From: Thalia democratica
Taxonomy: Eukaryota
DNA: 64,000 nt
Direction: 5' to 3'
Assembly: GCA_965202585.1 (NCBI GenBank)
Contig: OZ241830.1
Coordinates: forward strand, 26,784,001-26,848,000
Below are positions 36,064 through 49,900 of this stretch, one piece after another; the stretch's first letter is position 1, and the number at the start of each line of letters is the position of its first letter. The notes beneath the pieces are model-generated. The model worked only from the letters and a program-made list of their open reading frames with translations. It had not been told where the DNA came from and did not search any database. The translations under genes and the position numbers were made by a program.

Positions 36064-37696
36064 TTTTTTAGATGTTTAGTAATAAAATTTAGGTTTGACA
36101 CAAATAATCTAGCAAATTAAAAAAAGTTTTTCTTCACCAAGTTTTTTTTATTGAACAAATAATTAAAGTAGTTTTACAGTATCTTTTCAATGTTTTTACC
36201 TACTCAGCACAATTTTAACCTTAAACTTAGCTTTAAATTAAAATAAATCTAAAAATCTGCGCTTAAAATCTGGATGAATTCTTTCTCTTAAATATAAACC
36301 AAACAACTCTCAGACATCTTGAATGTCTCCGTATCTACCCAAAATTCAGGAAGTATCTTTCGTATGGAATACCGGTTCCACCGATGGGATTTTTCCCGTC
36401 ATTAGCATTTGTATCTCTTGCTGCCGATATTGAAGTCACCTGTGCCACCTCGGGAGCTGAAGTGCCAGGTATTGACGCATCACTATTATTTTGATTCATT
36501 GTGTTGTGAATAATATAAGGGTGACGTGGGTTAACGATAGCAGGTGTTAATTACTACCAGACGTAAAAGGAGGTGGCTCCCCGCTAACAACACAAACCTA
36601 CAAAAACATTGCACTAAAAGTGCGCATTCTTCTATGTCTACTCGTAGATTTCCCTTATAAATCTACTTTCAATTATTTTCTTTTTTCTTGACCAGGCGGG
36701 TTTTCCATGGACGCCACCCCCTACGCGTCAGCAGGTCATCGACCCACCGTTGCCCATTTTTGAACGATCGAACTGTTCAACGCTGGACACGACCATCGCT
36801 AAAAGCCGTAAACACGTAGCAGCAGTATAATGGAGTATAAAGGAGACTGCCACCGAACCCAAAGCCTATGACACTTTCCCTGTGCAATGAAGTCTCACAC
36901 AGACATGTTAAAAAGCTCTGCTTTGTTTACTCGAGCGTGAAATTACTAACTTAAAACAAACCAAAGTTTATACGCTTCATTGCTGAATTACCATAGTAAC
37001 TATTAGCATTTTACCAACTCTGCTCACATCTTTGGTGATATGGTCGTCAAACCGAGCAACAACCCCACCCGTCCATTAATAGACGGGCGTGAAAGTTGCT
37101 TGTGCTGACATGTTAATACCACCGTTGCCTTGACATTGGGCCTCCTGCTTGAATTGGTTGAACATGCAGATCCATACAAACGTCACATACACTATTGAGC
37201 CCAATTTATTTGGCCCGTCAGCCTAGTAATGACTTGGATCCCCAAACCAAACGACCCCCCTCCCCCCCAGGCTGACCCGATGACAACACTTGTGCGTGGA
37301 AGACCGACCCAGCTAGGGTGGAACTTATCAAAAAAAATTTGGGACCTGTATAATCAACCCTATGTCATCATTAGATTTTGACTAGTTTATAAATTTAGAG
37401 TAGTTTTTCAAATTTAGATGAATTTTTTGAAAGTTTAAATAAGTTCCTTATGGAAGGTGCAAACTAAAAGCAGATAGACTTCTTATTAGAAGATAGTACT
37501 GGTTGAAAGCTAGAACCCTTTTGTTTATCAAAGATACTACACAATATGTTTGAAAACTTCTATACATACCACTTAAGACCATTTTGTTATATTATTAAAT
37601 TTTTAAGTTTTAATAATTCAGGTTTTGTTACACTGAAACAAATTTTGATAGTCCAACGATTATTGTTTTTTTAATTAATATTTTTTATTGACTTAA

Positions 37697-38358
37697 GGGC
37701 ATAGAAGGGGTCCACCTTGATTTTAACAAGTTGATCTTATTTTATAGAGTTTTATCTGAGCTATCAGAAATTTTTAACCGCTTAGAAAAATTCAAAGTAA
37801 TTTTTTTGAGATATGAGCGATCAAAATCTGTGACCTCAATAGGTTCCTAATGGAAGGCGCAAACTAAAACGTGAAAAAAAAGACCATTTCGCTAAAAATA
37901 TATCTCCTCCTTCATTTTTTAAGCAATTTTCTTCAAATTTTCACAGATAATGTATTATTAAGTTTTAAAATGATTGAATGCAGAATTTTTTTTATTTTAA
38001 AAAGATAAAATTTTTATAAAAAAAAACCACCTATTTTTTTTGTTTTTTTAATCTAAAATTTTTATTTTTTTATTTTTTAAAAATTCCAATATTCAAAGTC
38101 TTAAAAATACTTGATAAAGGAGAAGATTTGAAGAAGAATTATAGAGAAGATTGATTTTTTAAATTTCCAAGAAAATTGACCTTGAATAATTTGCTGTCCG
38201 TACGTTTGTATCAAATTTTTTTATAAAAGTTACAATATCTCTAAAGTTAAATAATATTTTTTAATTCTTTAAAAACTGGCTGTAGTTTGTACTTTGATCT
38301 TTTATTTAAGATCAAATACTATTTTTAGTAAAAAAATAATGTCGGAACCCCTATGCCC
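37697..38358. mobile_element. Kolobok-like MITE, second copy
   Basis: TTAA-gggcatag ... ctatgccc-TTAA; internal sequence similar to 27691-28375. Confidence 0.75.
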
Positions 38359-39022
38359 TTAATTCATTTTAACATATTAATCATTAAACTTAGAGAATCA
38401 AACATATAAGTAAAAAAAAATATGTCATCATCAAATTTTTTTTATTAAAAAACATATTCAGAGTAGCTTTACAGCATCTTTTCAATGTTTTTATACTATT
38501 TATCACAATTTCTTACCTTTAACTTAACTTATTAAAAATAGACCCAAAAATGTGTACTTTTAAAAACCCAACCCTGTATAGATTAAACAATGAATTTCAA
38601 AATTATACATAGAATTTATAAAAATTTATGTACAGTAATCTTGCCAATAAAAGTGCCTAATCAAAACTGCATACTACAACTGTTTTCAAACTGTCCTTCA
38701 ATAAGAAGTCTATCTTAAAGTAGACAACTCACCAAAAAAGAATCTCTTAACATTTTTAAGCAATAATTTTCATACTTGTTTGTTAGTGTTATCTTATTTG
38801 AATTTCAGTAATTAATGTTTTAAAAACTATCTTTCTTAAAAAACGATTTAGTTTTTTTTAATTCGAAAATTTATCTTTTTTATTAAAATTATTTGTTGTG
38901 ATGAATATTTTAAAATGTTGCTAGGAAAATTTCCTAAAAATTTGAGTTTTGAATAATTACAAAAAAAGAGTACTTATTTAACTTCTTAAAAAATCTTTAA
39001 AAAGAATTTTATTCTCAATTAA

Positions 39023-39624
39023 GGTCATAGGGGTGGGAGTAAATTACCTTTTTCACAATTTAGTCTTATTTTATAAGGATTTAATAAACATATAAGTGTT
39101 TTTTTCCAGATTTTTAAAACTCAAAATAATTTTGAGATACAGCAAGTCGAAGTCAGATACTACAATTTGTTTCTTATAGGAGGCGAAAACTAAAACAGCA
39201 AATAACTAGAAATCACTTTTGCACATAGATTGACTTTCAACGATTGATTTTTGCATTCATATGAAGGCTTAATGTACAAACACAGTTTTTATAGAATTCA
39301 AAAATATAATTTAACTTTTGAGATATTTTATTTTTTGTAAAAAGTTTCACGTACTGAGGGCAACTTTTCAAGGTCAATTTTCTTGGAAATTTTAAAAATT
39401 ACTAAAAATCTATCTCCTTCATTTTTCAAGCAATCTTCGTCAAATTTCCAGGAAATATTCCATATATTAAAGGAAAAAAATATACTTATGAATTTTGATA
39501 GTTTATAAAATAGTAAAAATTTTCATGACAAAAATTAGAAAAATCTTTATTTTCAAAACAAATTTTTTTACTCAAATTTTTGGAAATTCAAAGTAAGTTT
39601 TTGTTATTGTTTAAAGATTAGACT
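39023..39624. mobile_element. Rearranged third copy of the Kolobok-like MITE (left end forward, right half inverted, truncated at the foreign-ORF junction)
   Basis: TTAA-ggtcatagggg start. From ~39270 it is the reverse complement of the right half of 27691-28375 (e.g. cagtttttatagaattcaaaaa; tttttcaagcaatcttc; ttgttattgtttaaagattagact). Confidence 0.65.
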
Positions 39625-39718
39625 TTACGGTTTAGATTAGACCACAGTTTTACGGCATATCCGGGCCGAGATGGACACCTTTTAACGTCATATCCGGAAC
39701 AAGTATTGCTGAACACCC

Positions 39719-40905
39719 TCAGTTTAACCCCTTTGCTATCTCAATACCCAAGAATTTTGATTTACCCTTACTATGAGCCACGTAAGGATCGTCAATTGTA
39801 AAGAGCGTCTTACAAAACATTAACTCATGAGTATACCCCAGAAAAGTAGAACTATCCAATTGACACAAATCCATCCAACGCACACCCTCCAAAGCGTCAG
39901 GATACATAGCCAAAATTGGCAGTGTAACATGAAGCGCTTCGTTATCCTTCAACAAATGATTGACATCATCAAACCTGTGCCTAAGCTGCCTAGAGTAGAG
40001 AGCATCAGACACATAAGCAGTCACATACGCGCAGTCAGGAACCGGAGCCTCTGTAATCTTCCATGCCAAAGAGAATTTCATCGCCTCGCGAACAAATTCA
40101 GCATAATTTAAATTCAAATTCTTCTTTACTATATGCGCCAATGCCCTATCACCCTATCACCAATGCCCTACCTAACTATGTCTCGCTCTAATACTCTATC
40201 AATATCGTGCGGCTGCCCACCTAGCTCCTTCTCCCGCTCACCTTGACGATGCCCGCAGGGGAAAGAAAGTTTAATGCAGTCGTTGATCTTGAACTTAAGA
40301 ACTCTGTTCAGGCTCATCACCCAAAGCAAAACCTTGTGACGTCCGCCTAGTTGCAGACTTATCAAAGGCATCCGATGTTATAAAATCGACACCCATACCT
40401 ATAAAATGCTCTACTTTTGAACCCTTAAAATACATGAAACACTTATTAAGAACATCCTCCAACAGGAAACCCACTAACTCTCTCTGAACCTCTGGTTTAG
40501 GCAACCAGCATAAATTCTGAAAACTACCAACCGTCATTCGCAGACAATTACCTACAAGATTGCCCATAGAACAACCTCGATTATATACCAACTTAGATAT
40601 TTGTTCCAATTACCAACAACAACCTCATCCTCTGATGTAAGAAGATACATCTTAAGACAAGCTCCAAACCGTACCTTCCAATCACAGGTAGGCAACTCAA
40701 TAGGTGGATCATAACCCTCCGTGTTTAAGACACGAGTCCAATTTCCAATCTCAGGATTACAATACTCAACACTGGATGCTGCCAGATAATCCCTAGTCTT
40801 AAGCATATCGGTAGTAGTAAAAGTCAGTTTTTGATTTTTAAAAAGATGATAAACTAATAAAGTAAGATCAACAGGATCATCACTCAAATATCTAAGTCCA
40901 ATTTC
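39719..40905 (-). pseudogene. Decayed intronless ORF of unknown origin (~370 aa reconstructed over three frameshifts); possible endogenous viral element or retro-insert
   Basis: Overlapping same-strand ORFs 40552-40887, 40295-40609, 40168-40371 and 39719-40141 form a continuous coding-like island that is visibly GC-richer than its flanks. A 26-nt local duplication at ~40140-40170 explains one frameshift (ERDIVR/ALAHIVKK). No family motif was recognised. Confidence 0.55.
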
Positions 40906-40916
40906 CGTTCACAAAT

Positions 40917-41359
40917 CAGGGTTGCCACTTAACCTGGAAACCTGGAAAAACCTTGAAAAACCTGGAATTCGACAATTTAGGCAAAAATAACCTGGAAAAA
41001 CCTGGAATTATAGAAATTTTAAAAAAAATCTGAAAAAACCTGGAATTTTGATTAAAAAACCTGGAGAAACCTGGAACTTTTAATAATTTTAACATTTACA
41101 GGATTAAAATTTCAATTTGACACAAAAAATCTATCATATAAATAATAAGTTTTTGTCATCATCAAAAAGTTTTTTTATTAAAAAACACATTTAAAGTAAC
41201 TTTACAGCATCTTTTAAATGTTTTTGTACTATTTAAGACAGTTTCTTTTATAGAAATTAACTTTAAGCTAAAAATAGACCCAAAAATGTAGACTTTTAAA
41301 AGCCTGGAAGAAATTAGGAAAACCTGGAAAAAATTTAGAAAAAACGAGTGGCAACCCTG
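40917..41359. mobile_element. Second full copy of the CAGGGTTGCCAC MITE; lies at the 5' side of the foreign ORF
   Basis: cagggttgccact ... agtggcaaccctg, similar to 35644-36063; no TSD visible. Confidence 0.8.
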
Positions 41360-41749
41360 GTAATATATTAAAAAACAATAATTAATTGGGAAAAAAATAT
41401 AATTTCTTCATGAAACAAAAAAAGTCAAACCACAATTCGATGGAAGTTATTGTGAAAAGCAAAGCAAAGAACGTTCTTTAGAATAAAAAAAAATCCAAGT
41501 TAGCATAAAAGAGTTTGAAAATAATTGATTTTAAAGTTTGGTTAAAAAAAAATACAAAAAAAGCCCTACAAGCCGAGTTCACGCTTGTATTACTACTTAT
41601 AATTTCTAATTGATATTGGTTATGAGTTAGAGACGCATAACTACTTGTAGTAAAAAGAAAGATACTAACCATAGCCTTGCAACTATGATGAGTGACTCTG
41701 AGGCATTACCTGTTCGCCGCTGCTACCAGACCCTCTGAGCGGACAAGGA

Positions 41750-43045
41750 ATAAAAACTTTAGTAGGAAATTATAGACCTATTTAACTTCTATTTTGCTCG
41801 AATAAAATAATTGAAAAAGTAATCTTCAATCGCCTGTACGGTTATTTTTTTTTCTAAAAACAATGTTTTAAACAATTTTAAGTTTGGTTTCAAATAGGAT
41901 CATTCCTTAATTTTGGCTTTTTAAGAATTTGTTGAAGGGGTACTGTCCAATTTTAACAGGGGAAACACAGTTTGTGCAGTCTCTTTAGATCTAGGTAAAG
42001 TATTTGATAGTGTAGATAGAAATATCTTACTATGGAAATTTGAATATTATGGTGTAAGAGCAATATGCATCTACTAATTATTTTATCTAGTACATTATAT
42101 TTGCTTAAGAGGATAAGAGTAAAATTCAGGGTACCATAAGGCTTAGTGTTAGAACCGTTGTTATTCCTTATACAAACAAATGACTTACAGAATAATACTG
42201 ATCTTAGCTGCCTCAACTTTGCAGATGATACAATCTTGTTCAAAACATTCATAAAAAACACATACCTATATGACAGTCAAATTTTAACACAGTTCTAAGA
42301 AAGGTTTCAAATTAGCTTATGATAAACAATCTCAACCTTTAAAAAACAAGAAGTATGCTTTTACACCAATCAATTTTTATTTTTGAAAAATATAGTTCTT
42401 AATGTAAAAATAGGTTTAATAAAAGACAAATAGTTATAAATATTTGGGATGAATTATAAACAAAAACTTAAATAGGTCAAATCATAAAAAAAACTATAAA
42501 ACAAAATTACAAAAACATTAGGTGTATTATATAAAAAAATAAATTTCTTAAATGAAAATTAATTATATTTCATCTTTAATTTTTTGTTTATGAGCAATGT
42601 TAGATATAGTTTGTTGTGCTGGGTAATGGCAAATGTAAAGTTTACAAACTGTATCAATGTTTTGCGTAAACAGAGAACCTAGGTGCATACATTATAAGAA
42701 ATATTTTGATAATATTAGAAAATCAAAAACTGAAAAAAAAAAATAAATCTTGAAAGTCTGTATCTATATGAATTAGTTCATATTATGTTTGTATTTTACA
42801 ATAATTTGTTCGCAGCTAACTTTAATGATAACTTAAAAAATGTGAAAAATGTCCATAATTATCATACGATACAAGGTCTTTAAAACATTTTTTTTTTCTA
42901 CCTAGATTTAAAAACAAGATTGGTCACAAATCGCTAGCTAGCCAAGGTAGTAAATTATGGGCTGAGTTACCATTATGTTTAAGAAATCTAAGTCATTTTG
43001 GAAAGTTCCATGATGAACTTATAAACTATTTTTTAAATAGTGATT
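41750..43045 (+). mobile_element. CR1/L2-clade LINE reverse transcriptase remnant, 5'-truncated
   Basis: Decayed translation NYRPI...KIIEKVIFNRL...FGF...AVSLDLGKVFDSVDRNILL...YYGVR...GVP*G.VL.PLLFLI..ND...FADDT...KSLASQGSKLWAELP... Confidence 0.9.
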
Positions 43046-46000
43046 ATCAAGTTCATAAGTTATCATTGCTACTTGTTTATTTACTTTTGTTTAAAGAGTT
43101 AATAATAATTGTCATTTAGTTCAAAAGTTTGTTTGTTTGGTTACAATAACAGTCCTTAGTCTAAATTGTAGCATTTTCTATCTGGCTATTTTTTATATTT
43201 TCTATTAAGGTTAATATTTTGAACTAACTACCAATTCTTACAAACATCTTTATATATACTTATTATCTCCCATGTAAATAATTAGTTATAAAATTAATTT
43301 TAAATAGAAACTTAAATTCAGAGTAAACATGTTTCAGCTTATTATAATTTCAATTTCTTTAAAAAAATGTGACCTATATTTCAAGTATTTTTATGTCTGA
43401 TATGAATATTGTTTATTTTGTTTTTTAAAATAAGTTTAAGTTATTTTTTTTAGGTTTAAACAGGTTCTCTACTTCTATTTTTATTCTTTTGAGTTTTACC
43501 TTTAGACTATATTTTAATTTTTATGTTGTTAGACAAGTTGTTTAGTTCTTTATAAATAAAACCTTATTAAATTAACACATTAGTTAGTGTACATAATTAA
43601 AACTTTTAGCTTAATTTTACTATATTTTCTTTCATTTTATTAGTTGTTATATTTCTTAAGGTTTAAAAGTTTAGATTGAACTTTTTTTTATAATTCTGTA
43701 AGAAATTGTAAAAGCATGTGGTGTACGACTCGATAATGAATTAAATTTTATGGAAAGTTTTGAGCTGAAATCCTTGTTCATCCAAGCGTTTAAGAAAAAG
43801 CTCGCAAGGTCAACTGTTATACTGGTGAAAGTTAAGACAAGGAGAAAATAAAGAACAGATTAAAAGTTTCTGATGTAATGTTGAATAAAGTAAAGAACAT
43901 TGCTATAACAACCAGTTACAGAGAATGTTGGTGACATTCTATCCACAGAGTGCTGCAGTAAACATGTTATTTAAGCATAGACATTTATGTTGTTTGATTA
44001 TTTTGTGTTAAGTTATTATTTAACTATGTTTTTTTTCTCATAAATATCTTTATAATTTCTGTTTCAAGCATTTAATTGTCATTTTGATTTAAAAATTCTC
44101 AATGTATAATCACTAGAAGTTTAATTCTTATGTAAAAGTGTTGACCACTTTTAGAGTGTTATGTAAATATTCTGTTCTTTATATATTTGTTAGTGCTTGT
44201 AATTGTTCTTTGAAACAACATGTTCATACGTTGTCATGCTTTGTTATATATAGATTAGCCATAAGTATTGTTTCATATCAGCATTTATTTCAAATTAAGT
44301 ATAGATTTAGTTATGATTTATAATGTGGTTGTACACCACATTAAAACCCTGCAGTAGTACTCTGATTAGTTAATACAAATATGCAAGTCTCGTATGTTTT
44401 ATACAAATTCAAAGTTTTTTGGTTTTATGTTGATTTGCTAAAATAATTTTTTAGTAAAATTTTGTTTTTATTAAAAGTTTCAAATCTTTAAAGTTTTACT
44501 TCTTTACTTTTAACTTGTTCAATTTTAAAATTTTTTGTTATTAATCAGATAATTTATAATGTTACAACAGTTTATTTTTGCATCCATTATAGTTTTTATG
44601 CACTCTTGTCTTATATTATACAAAATTACTCGGTTTGTAGTTAGTAATAAGTTGAATATTATAATAAGTAGAATAAGTACCAACAAAACAATATGCCAGC
44701 ATAATAATGGTTGTAACGTGATATTTAACAACAATCGACTAACTATTTTGTTTTTAATGGAAATTTTGAGAATCTTATGCAAATACAGATGTAACTTAAA
44801 TAAAGTTACATCTGTATTTAGTAAAGAGAATAAAGTGTAACATAAAATAAATAGAAAGAGCAGAGCTAATCAAAATGTCTGATGCAACAATGCATCGCAT
44901 TGTACAGCTATAATCAGTTTGTACATAAAGACATTCTGGCCACAACTTGCTGCCAGTGCTAGTGTCAACAAGTAGGTTCGAAGCTGAATTAAATCATATT
45001 TTTTGTTGTGTTTTGTAAAATTATAATTAAATGATGTATTTTTTTAAAACAGTTTCTTTGTTAAAACCGAGCTTAGATATAATAACTAGTTTAATAAAAT
45101 TTTAAATTTATTACTAATACATTCTAACTAAAGTATAATTATGTATGTTATTAGTGTGTGTACTAACATTTGTTTTTTTTATAAAGTATATCATTCATTC
45201 GGTATTGTTAACTTGTTTAAATAAAATAGTACTAAATGGCTTAAAGATCAATATTATTATTATAAGATTTTGTCTCAGATTAATTATTGGTTATAGTGTG
45301 GATGTAAAGTGCACTACAACCAGACATTTATCTTAGGTACTATCCGAGATTTTTTGGTGGGCAATTTTATGTTACAGCTAAGCAAAAATAGGTAGGAAAA
45401 AAAAATTTTTGCTTTGTTTCCCAGGTGTTTATCCATATGTTACTGTAGTTTTATTTTATGTTTATTTAAATTATAAAAAAATAATTAAATTGTATATTGT
45501 TTTAATTACTTGGTATGAACGAGTAGATATTTTGACACTAATTGTGATTTTAATTGAAATAAATTTTTAAATATTAATTAATTTTTTTATTGTTTTTTAA
45601 TTTAAGTTTAACATTTTTTCAACAAAGCTGTTTAGAACCATCTCAATGAACAGAATGTTTAAAATTTTATTAGAAATAAATACTTTGAAAAAAAAATTCT
45701 AATTTTTTTAATTATAAATTCATTGTCAACTCGTTCTCAACAAAAAATTATAAGTTCTAAATTTATTTTACATAATTTGTTTTAAAAAATTTGTACTCAA
45801 ATAAAAATTAATTGATAAACTACATAACAAAGTTCAATTTTTTAGAATAAATTTATAATATGAAAATAATTTTGAATTACACTTTATCATAAAAAATGTG
45901 TTAAGTTTATTTGTTTTAAATAAGTAAGCCATAAGTATTGGTTTTTAGCATGATGTTTTTAATAACAATTACAACTACCTTCAATTTTAAGTTTTTGGCC

Positions 46001-46104
46001 AAGTAACAAATAAAAAAGTAAGTTTTATGAAAGCTTTGGTTTAATCTACCACAATCAGTTTACATATTATTGATACTACATTACTTACGCAGTTTATAGC
46101 AAAG

Positions 46105-46222
46105 TAGTTTATTGAACGACAAATAAAACACTAAAAATATTTAGTTCTAGGACCTGGTGCACAAAAAAACCTTTCAGTAATCGAGCAGCACACCACATGG
46201 ATACCTTTTAACGTCTTGTCCA
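46105..46222. repeat. Short dispersed repeat (SINE-like remnant); second copy at 57196-57306, related motif at ~39670-39700
   Basis: Shared tagtttattgaacgac ... gacctggtg ... ggataccttttaa(c/t)gtcttgtcc. 39671-39695 reads atggacaccttttaacgtcatatcc. Confidence 0.55.
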
Positions 46223-46906
46223 GCGCTATATCAAGTTTTTGTTTTTTATTTGTAGTTAAATTAAAGACATTGATAAAAAAGTGTGTCTTTAAATTTTAAT
46301 TACACATATAGATTGCACAATTTTTTTTACTCAGAAAATTCAGGCTATTTTCAGATTAGTAAAAAAATTTGGCCACTGCTGCAAGTTTATTAAATTTTTT
46401 GCATAGACAAAACAATCAGTATTATTTTCTCAATCTTCAATTATCGTTTCTCATAGTCTAGTTAGGATTCCATCTTTTATAATGTTGCATATAGTAGATA
46501 ATATTTTTCATATTTGTCTACGTCTCAAAAAATGATTTAAACTGTTGTACATTTGTCTTCATCTCATTTTTATGTTAACTCTGTCAGTCTTGATCACTTT
46601 TATGTATTTTTTCAGTGATTTGACTCTAAGTTATATCGTTATTGGTTTATTTAAAACCTTCAGCGAGCTATATGTCATAAATTTTTAATTATAAAGTAAG
46701 TTTGTAGTTGTAAACTTGCATAAACCATGTCAACTTGAATTGGATTTATTGAAAACTATGACATTATAATTGATTTTAAAGTATTGCTATAAAATAAAAT
46801 TTTAAATTTTTTAGTTTGTTTAATAAAAAGCACAAGTTACTAAAATACTATTAGTTAGATTGCATTAAAATAACACAAATTATATGTTTTTTTCAGAATT
46901 TATAAA

Positions 46907-49900
46907 ATGTCAATATCAAATTCCCAGGAAGATATAGAAACTAACAGCAACGATAGTTTATTGTTGGAAAATGATCTTGAATACAAAGGTTCATCAGATG
47001 AGACCAAATCTGTATTAAAAGTTTTGAAAGATTCCTCAAAAAATTTACAGAAAATGTTGATTGAAAGAGTTACAACCGTTGAAAATGAAAATTCTAAGTT
47101 GACGAAAGATCTACAAAAATGTAGAAAAGAAAACAAAGTTTTTCAAAAAGTTAACTTGCGTTTAAAGAAAAAGGTTGAACAGCTAAAAACCAAAGATGAA
47201 GAAGTAAAACAATTAAAAGCACAAATTACAGAACTAAATATGAAGTTTGTGTTAAGAACAAATTTGCTCCTAGAAGATCGTTTGTCGACTTATGAACTAG
47301 ACGAGAATGAAGTTCAAAATTCAATTGAAGAACAAACTTCAAATGATGCGAAAAGTATAAACGACAAATTGGTCTCAAATGATGTAGAAAACTTGAATGA
47401 TTTGGTCAATTTTCATGAAGAAAAATTCACAAGTGAAACAGTAAGTTTTTATAATGAAACACCTAAATTTACAATTGTAAATTTTTATGATGAACCAGTC
47501 ACAATTGAAGTAGTAAATTTTTTTGATGAACCATCTGAAAATGAAGATGAAATTTTAAATAAAAAGGAAAATTTGAATGAAGAATCATTTTCAAATGATG
47601 TAAAAAGTATAAATGATATATTACCTTTTAATGATGTAGAAAATTTATATGAAGAATTATTTATAACTGAAAAGAAAAATTTAAATGATAAACCATCTAA
47701 AAATGAAATAAAAAATTTAAATGGAGAACCATCAATTGAAAATGATAAAAACATAAAGGAAGAACTAACTTCAAACGAATTAGGAAATCCAAGTCCAAGT
47801 TAGATAGTTCTTCGTTTTTTAAAACTAGAACTGAAGGTCTACCTTAAAAATTTTAAGTTAAAAAGTTAAATTTTAAGTTAAGAAAAGAGTTTTATATCAA
47901 TGAAAAAAAACTAAGCGTACGAAACTTTAGTATTTACAAAACGTTTTAATGATTAGTACTTACAATAATATAACCTTTTTGATATCCACGGAAGACGTTT
48001 CAATTTATGCAAATGCAGCAATTAAGACATATCTAATTATTAAGATTTTCTCTTAGTTTATTCATAAAATGTATTATAGCTCAAGCTAATTTTACATGAA
48101 AACAAACAAACAAGCTAAACAAAAAATTAAGATTTACTGGGTTTTCAAGTTAACGCACTTAATGGTTTTATAAAAATACAGACTAGTTTACATAAAAATG
48201 ACATTTTAGGTTATAATTAAAACTCTAAATTATTTTTTTTGCTTATTTCAGGCCGAACCATTTAAACTTATACTCAATGAATATTTTCTAATTTTTAAGT
48301 CTTTTGTAATGAAACTAACATTTCATTTTAGTATTTTAAAGCTTGTGAATAAATATGGAATTTTTTGTAACAATAAAAGCTTTTCCAAAACATATTTCAT
48401 TATTTTCAAAACAAGCTTTTCCAAAACAATTTTTATAACTCTTAAAACAATTTTCTAAAACAATAAACAATATTGTTTACTTAAAGGAGTTACATTTATT
48501 TCAGTGCTTATAAAACGGAAATTTAATTGCATTTACTTGCAGTAGCAGTTTCGGCAGAGCATTCGGCAAGTGTGTTTTTAGTTAAGATGCATTTTAAGCA
48601 CGTTAGATTTAAGAACTAATGTTTTCTTGTGTGTTTAACTTTAGTTCTCGTATAGAGTGATGTAATTGTATCTTTGTGTTGTTTAGTTTATGTAAATAAA
48701 ATATAAGTGTTGTTTTGATTGTTGTACCAATCTACTTTACTAATCCCTATTACCCCCCTTTAACATCTTTGTAACGAGACACTTTTTTGATTATGATTTT
48801 CATAAGTGTTTATGTATAACTTTAATTAAAAGTCAGTCTTTTAATATTTTGATACTTATTTTGTTTTATTTTCAAAATTATTTTACAATTTAAGTCTGAC
48901 TTATTCTAACTTATAGTAAATGACCGTAGTTTATAATCACTTAATCTGAATTTTTTCATTTGAAACGTCAAAAATCTGTAACTCTTTTTTTTACGAATTA
49001 CTTAATAAAAAGTTTAAATATTTTATTAACTCATTTAACTTTTAATAAACAGGTTTTTAATAAAGTATTAAAGTGCATAATTTTTTTATTAAATGGAACA
49101 CATTTTGGTTTAAATCAAATGATACAATAAAGGATTTTATTTGTTTTAAAACATAATATGTTGTTATGCATAATTAGTTCTTTTATTAACTAGCTAAGGT
49201 TTTAGTATAAAATAAACTTACTTTATTTTTTTATTAAACATTCACAGTTTGTTACATCTGTCTAAATGAAAATGATGAGCAGTCTATATCTCCGTGTAAA
49301 TGCAAAGGTATTTTGAAAACTAGTTCAAGTTTTATATTTCTATTTGACTTTAAATCAATAAGAACATTCATTTAATATTGCTGTAACGTTTATGATAATC
49401 AATTCTAATCTTATAATAAATTATTTAAATGTAAATAATATGTAAATACCTAGTATTTTAGTTTAAAAATTAATATTTTCTAACCATATTTCTAATATTA
49501 TAGCACAAGTAATTTTGATAAATAAACTTTTAGGTGATACTAAACTTGTCCATGAAGAATGCTTAATTGAATTAGTTAAGTCTAGACCAGACACTCCAGA
49601 GTGTGGTATTTGCAAATATAAGTTAGTTTTAGTTTTTGAAAATTTTACTATCAACATTAAAAATAAATGAATACAATACAGTACGTTAAGTTATTTGAAA
49701 TATGGCCTAGTTCGTGAAACACAGCAAAATTGCTAAAGTATTTCAACTCGCACAGTTATGTGCGTGTATTTTTTATTGTATTTAAATTTATTAAGCTTTG
49801 AATTATACTTATAAAAATGTAAAGCAGCTTATGATAATTTGTTATAGGTTATAAGACATATAATAATTCGAATGAAAATATATTATTAATTTGCAGCTTA

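Noticed and set aside
37265-37320. Hammerhead-like ccgatga...gaa stretch
   Set aside because: The core deviates (CCGAUGA) and there is no consistent helix II/III or cleavage triplet geometry.
40340-40400. VDFITSDAFDKS in the foreign ORF resembling RdRp motif A, and YVAHSKG...IAKG near 39730-39790 resembling the RNase H C-terminus
   Set aside because: No motif B/C (GDD/GDN) and no RNase H catalytic acidic residues at the expected spacing; not enough to assign a family.
41700-41750. GC-rich hairpin upstream of the CR1/L2 remnant as a possible HDV-like ribozyme
   Set aside because: Only a 7-bp stem is visible; the nested double pseudoknot could not be built.
43740-45000. Slightly GC-richer patches and ORFs 44138-44323, 44525-44782, 44559-44840
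   Set aside because: No recognisable motifs or consistent splice phases; probably old transposon debris.
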